Source: Eledone cirrhosa (Eukaryota). Taken from it: a DNA stretch of 64,000 bases. Shown here piece after piece: positions 52,208 to 64,000 of the stretch. Made by a program: the position numbers and the translations under genes. The stretch is from contig OZ024742.1 in the NCBI GenBank assembly GCA_964016885.1, positions 68,572,001-68,636,000 of the forward strand, read 5' to 3'. Under the pieces are notes generated by a model. That model was not told the DNA's origin. It made no database searches and saw only the letters and a list, made by a program, of their open reading frames with translations. Position 1 is the first letter of the stretch, and the number at the start of each line of letters is the position of its first letter.

Positions 52208-54410
52208 ATCATCATCATCATCATCATCACCGTTTTACGTCCGTTCTTCCACGCTAGCATGGGTTAGACGGGTTGTCCTGTTGTGGGCAGTGTCTGGTCG
52301 GCTGACCATGCCTTGCTCATACAGGAACTGATCTGGCTTGATTTCTACAGCTGGATGCCCTTCCTAACACCAACCTCATTTACAGTGAGTGCTGGGTGCT
52401 TTTTCGTGGCTCCTACACGTCCACTTTACAGTGTGGGCTGGGTGCTTTTTTGCCGTGGCACCTCCACGACCACCTTGCGGTGGGGGGGGGGGGCATATTG
52501 TTTATATGCTTCAGCATGTACCCATGGGAGGTCGGGTACCCTGTATTACTGCGTGACGCCAGAATACACGGTCGTGTGTCATTGACTTTGAGAGGTGTAG
52601 TTGGGTAAGGTCGGCTTTTATCACCTCATCCCAAGTCATCTTGGGTCTCCCCACTCCGCGGTTTCCATCAACTTCTAGTGCTCTGCACCTTTTTATGCAG
52701 CTGTCATCCTTCATACGCATCACATGTCCATACCAGCGTAACCGCCTCTCCTGCACGCAGCATTTGATTCCTCTTATGCTCAGTCTCTCTCTCAATTCAT
52801 TTATGCTTTGTCGTTCACGTATATTACTGTTACACATCCATCGGAGCATGCAGGCTTCGTTTCTCTCTAATCTACGTAAGTCTTCCACCTTCAGCGCCCA
52901 GGTCTCACTACCATGCAACATCGCTGTTCGGATACACGCATCATACAGTCTGCCTTTCATTCTGAGGGAGAAGCCTTTTGCAGCTAGCAGTGGTAGTAGT
53001 TCCCTAAACTTCTTCCATCCCGTTCTTACCCTAGTTATTGTACTTTCTGAGCACCCACCTCCGTTGCTAATTCGGTCACCTAGGTAGCAGAAGCTGTCTA
53101 CTGTTTCTACAGGGCCCTCCCAGAGATTGGTGGTACTTGTTTCCTGTGGCTGTTTGCTTGCTGTTTCAGCACAGCTGCTGCATGTGAATCCTACATTCTT
53201 AATTAAGCTTCCTGAGATCCCGCTACATCTCTTGTGTACCCATTGTTTGCATTTGGGGCAAAAAATGGAGTTCCTACCTACACCTTTCCTACATACTGAG
53301 CAAGGCCATTTCCCTGAGGGGATCTGGGTTCTGTTTTCTCGTCTACTTATAAGGACCTTAGTCTTTGTCATGTTGACTTTGAGGCCCTTTCTCTCTAGTC
53401 CCTGCTTCCAGGTTTGGAATTTATTCTCTAGTTCTACCATAGATTCAGCTATGAGTGCGAGGTCATCAGCATACAGGAGTTCCCATGGGCATCCGGTCTT
53501 AAACTCCTCCGTTATTGCCTGCAGGACTATGATGAACAGGAGAGGGCTAAGAACAGAACCCTGGTGGACCCCAACCTGTACGCTAAATTCCTCGCTATAC
53601 TCATTGCCAATCCTAACTTTGCTGACTGCTCCCCTATACATGGCTTGTACCGCTTTCACAAGCCATTCATCTACTCCTAGTTTTCTAAGAGCCCACCAGA
53701 TTACTGCACGTGGAACTCTGTCAAAGGCTTTCTCAAGGTCGACAAATGCCAAGTAGAGTGGCTTACTTTTAGCTAGGTACTTTTCCTGTAATTGCCTCAC
53801 AAGGAAGAGCGCATCAGTGGTGCCTTTCCCTGGTACAAACCCAAATTGCATCTCGTCTATATTCACCCGGTCCCTAATCAGCTGTGCTATAACTCTTTCT
53901 GTTACTTTCATGACCTGGTCCATCAACTTTATACCTCTATAGTTTCCTCTATCTAGTGCGTCGCCTTTACCTTTGTAGCAGTTGACAATGATGCTACTGC
54001 ACCAATCTTTTGGTATGGCCCCCTCTAGTATTACCTGGTTAACGATACGTGTGGTTATAGTGTGACCTACAGACCCAGATGCCTTCAGCATCTCGGCAGC
54101 TATACCCGATGGACCGGTTGCCTTCCCTATCTTCATATCTCTGATTGCCTTACTTACTACGCTGCCGCTGACTTGTACTGCTGGTCCCTCTATAGGGTCT
54201 ACGTGGGGTAGGGTCTCTTCTTCCCATGCATTCTCCTCATTTAGTAATCTATCATAATGACTCTTCCATGCATCTTTCTTCTCAGCACTTGTGAGGGCAA
54301 GCTCACCTTTATCATTCCGGATACACTTCTCTCCAATGACATCACAACTATCTCTGACACACTGCCTCGTAATCTTGAATACCTCCTGTTTCTGGTCCTC
54401 ACGTTGTAAA
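52208..54410 (-). mobile_element. RTE-B, 5'-truncated; RT frame intact (52511-54136)
   Basis: Near-identical to the other B copies; (GAT)n tail at 52208. Confidence 0.95.
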
Positions 54411-54535
54411 ATGTATATATGTATATCTATATATATATGTATGTGTATATATATATATATATATATGTGTATGTATACCTATATATATATGTATGTGTAT
54501 ATATCTATATATATATATGTATGTGTATTTTTTAG

Positions 54536-54672
54536 TCCAGAATTAGCCGTCGAAACGGCTTGATCTCAGCTGTCGGGGTCTTACTGGTTCCTATTACCCA
54601 CTCTACTACCTCAAGTATTGAGTACTTTGGTGCGTTATGGTCCACCTGGTTCCTTACCACATTTCCTTCGTT
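54536..54672 (-). mobile_element. Orphan hairpin insert 'X', copy 2 (longer)
   Basis: Shares its left end with 32389-32447 and extends ~80 bp further right. Confidence 0.55.
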
Positions 54673-54876
54673 ATATATGTATGTGTATATATATATATAT
54701 GTGTGTATATATATCTATATATATATATATGTATGTATATATATATATATGTATATCTATATATATATATGTATGTATATATATATATATTTATGTATGT
54801 ATATATATATATATTTATGTATGTATATATATATATATGTATGTATGTATATATACATATATGTATGTATATATGT

Positions 54877-54917
<41 letters not shown>

Positions 54918-55438
54918 TATGTATGTATATATATATATGTATGTATGTATATATATGTATATATATATATATATATGTATGTATATATATATGTATATAT
55001 ATATGTATATATATATATGTATGTATATATATATATATTTGTATGTATGTATATATATATATATTTGTATGTATATATATATGTACATATATATATATAT
55101 ATATATATGTATGTATATATATATATATATGTATGTATATATATATGTATATATATATATATATGTATGTATATATATATGTATATATATATATATATGT
55201 ATGTATATATATATGTATATATATATATGTATGTATGTATATATATATGTATATATATATATGTATGTATGTATATATATATGTATATATATATATGTAT
55301 GTATGTATATATATATGTATATATATATATATGTATGTATGTATATATGTATATATATATATATGTATGTATATATATATATATGTGTATGTATATATAT
55401 ATGTATATATATATATGTGTATGTATATATATATGTAT

Positions 55439-55469
<31 letters not shown>

Positions 55470-55558
55470 TGTATATATGTATATGTATGTATATATGTAT
55501 ATGTATGTATATATATATATATGTATGTATATATATATATGTATGTATATATATATAT
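54673..55558. repeat. (TA)n(TATG)1-2 array
   Basis: Directly visible. Confidence 0.98.
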
Positions 55559-55561
55559 AGA

Positions 55562-55614
55562 GAGATTCCTGATGATTTCTAAAGAATGAAACAGTTCTAG
55601 TCCTGTAGAATCTC
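55562..55614 (+). ncRNA. Canonical minimal type I hammerhead ribozyme
   Basis: GAGATTC-CTGATGA-T TTC taaa GAA T-GAAA-CAG ttctagtc CTG-TA-GAATCTC. Perfect 7-bp stem I, full core, GUA site (predicted cut after A55607). Confidence 0.9.
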
Positions 55615-55656
55615 ATCTATATTAAAACTATATGTATGTATATATATATATGTATG

Positions 55657-55687
<31 letters not shown>

Positions 55688-55743
55688 GTATATATATATA
55701 TGTATATATATATATGTATATATATATATGTATATATGTATGT

Positions 55744-55980
55744 ATCATCATCATCATCATCATCAACGTTTAACGTCCGTGTTCCACGCTTGCATGGGTT
55801 TGGACGGGGGTAGTCCCACTTGAGGCAAGAGTGATTGTGTTGCTCGCATAGGACTGTCTGGCAGGTTTTCTACAGTTGGATGCCCTTCCTAACACCAACC
55901 ACATTTACAGTGTGGGTCTGGGAGGTTTTTACCGTGTTGCCTACACGGCCACATTACAGCGTGGACTGTGTGTTTTTTTT
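55744..55980 (-). mobile_element. RTE-A 3' UTR only
   Basis: Near-exact reverse complement of 39045-39278. Confidence 0.95.
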
Positions 55981-56186
55981 ATATGTATGTATGTATATAT
56001 ATATATGTATGTATGTATATATATATATATATATATGTATGTATATATATATATATATATGTATGTATATATATATATATATGTATGTATGTATATATAT
56101 GTATGTATGTATGTATATATATATGTATGTATGTATATATATATGTATGTATGTATATATGTATGTATGTATATATATATGTATGT

Positions 56187-56793
56187 CAGGTCACCACTTG
56201 GTGCTACTGGTAACATGTATCCCAGTACAACCTGTCTCATGGTCGGGTCGTTGGCGACTAAACTGGCAACCCCACCAAGGTTTCTTGGTGAGGAGGGTGA
56301 CTTTGGACATCCTGCAGGACTAAAAACAAAACCTGTCAAAGGGCAAAGGAGATCTTAAGAGTCAATGGCCATCCAAAATTTCTGGGAGAGATGACCCCTT
56401 AGCCTTTGTCAAGGCAGAATTCTAGGAGAAGGAAAACTCTGATATAACACCTGCAACCCCGATGGTATCCAATGATGTTGACTTGTTCTTCTTTTTGGTA
56501 AATATCATCTTGGTTAAGAGAGTGGGACTGGCTTTGTGCAGTGCCTTTGCTCACTATAAAAGCTTCACGGCACAGGCATTGCTTTATATCTGGAGATCTC
56601 TCTGCACTTGCCGTCACATGGTACCATGGGCCCAGCACTATGTGTCAATAATTGTCACAAGTGTAGTGTTTGTACCGAGTTTTCAAGTCGCTGGCTGGAC
56701 TAAAAAGTCACACTCGTTCAGCGCATCGGTAGGGGTTCTCCTACATGGATATAAAGTAGTGGCCGTACTCGAAAACGAGTTGGCAGCCACCAT
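56187..56793 (+). mobile_element. Bipartite non-autonomous RTE derivative, copy 3 (longest, ~600 bp)
   Basis: RTE-5'-region-like motif TCTAGGAGAAGGAAAACTCTGA (56421-56442), C2H2 remnant with a 1-bp deletion, terminal hairpin 56762-56784, then runs into ATGTATGTA. Confidence 0.8.
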
Positions 56794-58134
<1,341 letters not shown>

Positions 58135-58611
58135 GAGCTGATAAACTCCGACCTCACACACTTACACCTCTCCAAGACAATGTCACTGGACCGAGACCTT
58201 TGGCGGTACTCAGTAACAGAGAAGACCCGCCTTGCCAGTAGGCATCTCTAACAAAATACACCCCGTCCCACCACCACCACCCCCACCCCATCCACACCAC
58301 CCCGTCCTATGTAAAGTTATGTTGGTGCCGCGCCATCCGGGCCGAAACAAATGAGATCGTGTAGGTGTCACGACAAAAAAAACACACAGTCCACGCTGTA
58401 ATGTGGCCGTGTAGGCAACACGGTAAAAACCTCCCAGACCCACACTGTAAATGTGGTTGGTGTTAGGAAGGGCATCCAACTGTAGAAAACCTGCCAGACA
58501 GTCCTATGCGAGCAAGACAATCACTCTTGCCTCAAGTGGGACTACCCCCGTCCAAACCCATGCAAGCGTGGAACACGGACGTTAAACGTTGATGATGATG
58601 ATGATGATGAT
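58135..58611 (+). mobile_element. RTE-A 3' end, with a small deletion across the stop codon
   Basis: [23 protein letters not shown]..; (GAT)n tail. Confidence 0.95.
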
Positions 58612-58689
58612 GTATGTATATATATGTATATATATATATATGTATGTATATATATGTATATATATATATATGTATGTATATATATGTAT

Positions 58690-58727
<38 letters not shown>

Positions 58728-59000
58728 GTATGTATATATATATGTATGTGTATATATATGTATGTGTATATATATATATATATATGTATGTGTATATATA
58801 TGTATGTATATATATATGTATATATATATGTATGTATATATATATGTATATATATATATATGTATGTATATATGTATGTATATATATATGTATATATATA
58901 TATATGTATGTATATATATATGTATATATATATATGTATATATATATATATGTATGTATATATATATGTATATATATATATATGTATGTATATATATATG

Positions 59001-59031
<31 letters not shown>

Positions 59032-59102
59032 GTATGTGTGTATATATATGTATGTATATATATATGTATGTATATATATATGTATGTATATATATATGTA
59101 TG

Positions 59103-59133
<31 letters not shown>

Positions 59134-59186
59134 GTATTATATATATATATGTGAATATATATATGTATGTATATATATATATATAT
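58612..59186. repeat. (TA)n(TATG) array
   Basis: Directly visible. Confidence 0.98.
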
Positions 59187-59194
59187 TCACATAC

Positions 59195-61258
59195 AACGAA
59201 CAAAAAAATCAACAAGCTGAAATACTGTCAGCAGCAACACATCAACTTGACTGCCATTTCATCACTAGAGATTAAAAAACATAACCTCCAAAACAACATA
59301 ATGTCCCTCATCAACAAATCAGAGAAGAGCTGAAGAGGCCTGGGCGATTGAGAAGATCAAACTCAATCCCAAAGTGTTCTTTTCATTTGCAAAAAAAACA
59401 CAAAATCACTGGCTCTACTGTTGGCTCTCTAATTGATGAAAATGGCACTCTTCAAGACAATGCTAAAACCATGGGTGAGATACTGCAGAAACAATACTGC
59501 TCTGTTTTCAGCAATCCTGATATGGCCGATCTGGGCTGTATCGGCGATGTTACTCCCCATTACACCTTATCGGACATAACGTTTGGCGCCCCTGATGTCT
59601 TGGCGGCAATAAAGAAAATCAAGCATAATTCAGCAGTAGGTCCCGGTAGGTTCCCTGCTTGTGTCTTGAAGGCGTGTCAACACCAACTTGCATCTCCTCT
59701 TGCCAATCTGTGGCGGAACTCACTGGATGCTGGATATGTGCCAGAAAACCTTCTATCCCAGTCTGTTGTCCCAGTTTTCAAAAAGGGAAACAAATCCCTT
59801 GCCGTGAATTACCGTCCAATCTCACTCACCTCTCATATCATTAAGGTATTTGAGAGAGTGGTGAGATCGCGAATGACCCACTTCCTTGAGAGTAACAATA
59901 TGCTGAACTCCAACCAGCATGGATTCCGTAATGGAAGGGATTGCCTGACGCAGCTACTGCATCACTTTGATGACATTTTGAGAGCCTTGGGAGAAGGTTC
60001 CAACACTGATGTTATCTACCTTGATTTCAGCAAGGCCTTTGACAGGGTTGATCATAACATTCTACTGAGAAAGCTGTCCAATATTGGTGTCACTGGAAAG
60101 CTGCTGCAGTGGATCAAGAGCTTCCTGTCAAACAGAATCCAACATGTTGTAGTTGAGGGAGTCAAATCAAGCCCAGCCAAAGTCAGTAGTGGGGTCCCAC
60201 AAGGCACTGTGTTGGGCCCACTTCTCTTCATCATCTATATTAATGACATCACTGACATCATCAAACACAGCAACATTAAAATTTTCGCTGATGATTCCAA
60301 GCTCCAAAAGGTCATCAATGGCATGGATGACCGGATAAGCCTTCAGTCAGACCTACTGGCTGTTACCCAATGGGCAGAAAAGAACAACATGTTACTGAAC
60401 GAAGACAAATTCGAACTGATCCACTTTGGAAAAGAGGATGCTCTGAAACTCCCGTACTCCCTTCCCTCCGGGGAAACTCTCGTGGCATCTAACAACATCA
60501 GAGACTTGGGAGTAACCGTGGACAGCAATATAAGCTGGACCATGCATATAAGCAGCAAAGTTGACATGGCCCGCAGAATGTGTTCCTGGATCCTCAGAAC
60601 CTTCCAGTCGAGAGATTCCCGCACCATTATCCTTCTCTTCTCTACTTTTGCCCGACCACACCTTGAATACTGTTGTCCACTGTGGTCTCCCCACACGAAA
60701 CAAAGTATCATGAAACTTGAAGCTCCTCAAAGGGCAATCATGAAAAAGATAGATGGCATGTCAGACCTTGACTACTGGGGTCGATTAGAAAACCTGAAAC
60801 TTTACTCACTCCAACGTCGCCGTGAGCGTTATATTATCTGCATGATGTGGAAAATGTTCCATCATCACTGCCCAAATGATGTTGGTATCGCCTTCAAGAT
60901 ACACCCAAGGCTTGGGCCCCGTGCTATCCGTCCCATTCAAAAATCTAAATCGCAACTCATAACAACAATACGGCACAATTATTTCACCTCAATCGGCCCT
61001 GCTCTCTTCAACATCACACCAGGACACGTCAAAACAGAAACTGACCACACAAAATTCAAGAAGTCTTTGGACAAATTCCTCCAAGTAATCCCGGACAAAC
61101 CACCCACACCCGGATATGTCTCCGCAAACAGTAATTCTCTTCTCGAATGGGCCATGGTGCCCAAATCCTGAATTGAAAGACTTCGCCAGGTGGTGCTATT
61201 AAGTTAGACATGGCCTGGGCCAATACTGGCCAAAACATTTCAAAGTTATTCAAAGTTA
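59195..61258 (+). mobile_element. CR1-group LINE, copy 2 (more 5'-truncated; RT frame open ~59390-61171)
   Basis: Near-identical to 19574-21634, with the same TTCAAAGTTA tail; two A-run insertions near 59316 and 59391. Confidence 0.95.
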
Positions 61259-61476
61259 TGTATGTATATATATATATGTATATATATATATGTATGTGTA
61301 TATATATATATAGATATGTATGTATGTATATATGTATGTATGTATATATGTATGTATGTATGTATATATGTATGTATATATATATATATGTATGTATATA
61401 TATATGTATGTATATATATATGTATGTACATATATATGTATGTACATATATATATATGTATGTATATATATATATG

Positions 61477-61523
<47 letters not shown>

Positions 61524-61561
61524 GTATATATATATATATGTATCTATATATATATATATAG

Positions 61562-61960
61562 ATACGTGTAGCTGGACATTCAATTGTAAAATTCTCTTAG
61601 TGTTGTCTGAAATGTATGGCCTTACACACGCTGATGAACCGAGACTAGACCATTTCTTTCAACAAATTTTTTGGTGAAACATATCTTTGGATTTGTACGT
61701 GTGTTATATAGTTATAAAGGTATTTATTTACGCTTTAATTTATATTTTTAATTATCGTGTCTATAGTCTGCCTTTCATAGGTTATAGATTCCATACACTG
61801 GTGGTTTTTTCCCTGTATTATTGATAACGCACTATATATCTCTCTCTGGTGTGTTACCTTCTCAACATATTATATTTTAAAGGGCTCAGGATCTCTTCCC
61901 CTTTGAGCACATTATTTACAGGGAATAACGACGGCCTATGCCTCCGTTAATTTATCGTGA
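61562..61960 (+). mobile_element. ~400-bp non-coding island, probable PLE pseudo-LTR or retrozyme-like unit
   Basis: Unique sequence between arrays that contains an intact hammerhead; no coding similarity seen. Confidence 0.55.
61624..61704 (+). ncRNA. Canonical type I hammerhead ribozyme
   Basis: ACACACG-CTGATGA-ACCGAGA...TTTTGGT-GAAA-CATATC tttg GATTTG-TA-CGTGTGT. Perfect 7-bp stem I; GUA site (predicted cut after A61697). Confidence 0.9.
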
Positions 61961-61984
61961 TATGTATATATATATATATGTATG

Positions 61985-62024
<40 letters not shown>

Positions 62025-62222
62025 TATGTATGTATATATATATGTATGTATATATATATACGTATGTATATATATGTATGTATATATATATATGTATGTA
62101 TATATATATGTATGTATATATATATACGTATGTATATATATATATGTATATATATATATATGTATGTATATATATATATGTATGTATATATATACATGTA
62201 TGTATATATATATATATGTATG

Positions 62223-62265
<43 letters not shown>

Positions 62266-62300
62266 ATGTGTATATATATGTATGTATATATATATACATG

Positions 62301-62357
<57 letters not shown>

Positions 62358-62392
62358 ATGTGTATATATATGTATGTATATATATATACATG

Positions 62393-62439
<47 letters not shown>

Positions 62440-62474
62440 ATGTGTATATATATGTATGTATATATATATACATG

Positions 62475-62525
<51 letters not shown>

Positions 62526-62634
62526 ATGTGTATATATATGTACGTATATATATATACATGTATGTATATATATATATATATGTGTATGTGTATATATATA
62601 TGTATGTGTATATATATGTATGTGTATATATATG

Positions 62635-62675
<41 letters not shown>

Positions 62676-63224
62676 ATATATATATATATATATGTGTATA
62701 TATATATGTATGTGTATATATATATGTATGTGTATATATATATATGTGTATGTATATATATATATATGTATGTGTATATATATATATATCTGTATATGTA
62801 TATATATATATATATGTATGTGTATATATATGTATGTGTATATATATATATATGTGTATATATATATGTATGTGTATATATATATATATGTGTATATATA
62901 TATATATGTATGTGTATATATATATATATGTATGTGTATATATATGTATGTGTATATATATATATATATATGTATGTGTATATATATATATATGTTAGTG
63001 TATATATATATATGTATGTGTATATATATGTATGTGTATATATATATGTATGTGTATATATATATATATGTTAGTGTATATATATATATGTATGTGTATA
63101 TATATATGTATGTGTATATATATATGTATGTGTATATATATATATATGTTAGTGTATATATATATATATGTATGTGTATATATATATGTATGTGTATATA
63201 TATATGTATGTGTATATATATATG

Positions 63225-63265
<41 letters not shown>

Positions 63266-63477
63266 ATATATATGTATGTGTATATATGTATGTGTATATA
63301 TATATATATATATATATGTGTATATATATGTATGTGTATATATATATGTATGTGTATATATATATATATGTGTATATATATTTATATGTGTATATATATA
63401 TATGTATGTGTGTATATATATATATATGTATGTTTGTATGTGTGTATATATATATGTATGTATATATGTATGTGTAT
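61961..63477. repeat. (TA)n/TATGTG array with higher-order units
   Basis: Recurrent variants TACATGTATG and ATGTTAGTG (three copies, ~62990-63155). Confidence 0.98.
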
Positions 63478-63920
63478 ATCATCATCATCACCATTTTAGG
63501 TCCGTTCTTCCACGCTAGCATGGGTTAGACGTGTTGTCCTGTTGTGTGCAGTGTCTGGTCGGCTCACCATGCCTTGCTCATACAGGAACTGATTTGGCTT
63601 GATTTCTACAGCTGGATGCCCTTCCTAACAGGAACCTCATTTACAGTGAGTGCTGGGTGCTTTTTCCTTGGTGCCTACACGTCCACTTTACAGTGTGGGC
63701 TGGGTGCTTTCTTGCCGTGGCACCTCCACGACCACCTTGTGGTGGGGGGTGTGGGGGCATATTGTTTATATGCTTCAGCATGTACCCATGGGAGGTCGGG
63801 TACTCTGTATTACTGCGTGACGCCAGAAGTCACGGTCGTGTGTCATTGTCTTTGAGAGGTGTAATTGGGTAAGTTCGGCTTTTATCACCTCATCCCAAGT
63901 CATCTTGGGTCTCCCCACTC
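63478..63920 (-). mobile_element. RTE-B 3' end
   Basis: (GAT)n tail, 3' UTR and ORF C-terminus up to [10 protein letters not shown]. Confidence 0.95.
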
Positions 63921-64000
63921 GTGTATACATATATATATATGTATGTGTATATATATATATATCTGTATATATATATGTATGTGTGTGTGTATATATATAT

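Noticed and set aside
56462-56791. Hydrophobic [15 protein letters not shown]... seen in three copies
   Set aside because: The frame diverges between copies at a 1-bp indel and has no recognisable motif; the C2H2 frame is the more plausible ancestral one.

Overview
This is eukaryotic, AT-rich, repeat-saturated DNA with no recognisable host gene; the SINE and RTE repertoire resembles octopus/cephalopod genomes (my inference, not a database result). The first ~12.5 kb holds old degenerate transposon relics: RTE LINEs, two kinds of Penelope-like element (PLE), an R4/Dong-like LINE, a hAT end, a MITE and a SINE. From ~12.6 kb to the end, long (TA)nTG arrays, up to ~4.5 kb uninterrupted, carry at least 25 separate inserts. 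These include two RTE families (A and B; APE endonuclease, RT and an internal PHD finger), two copies of a CR1-group LINE and Naiad-type PLE GIY-YIG fragments. They also include a tRNA-derived SINE with an RTE-B tail, three copies of a ~600-bp bipartite non-autonomous RTE derivative, and small unique islands. Two islands fold as canonical type I hammerhead ribozymes, and one of them is essentially a lone ~55-nt ribozyme in the microsatellite. Array interruptions are almost all G on the + strand, whatever the orientation of the inserts. All 'YIYI/MYIY' ORFs in the ORF track are microsatellite artefacts.
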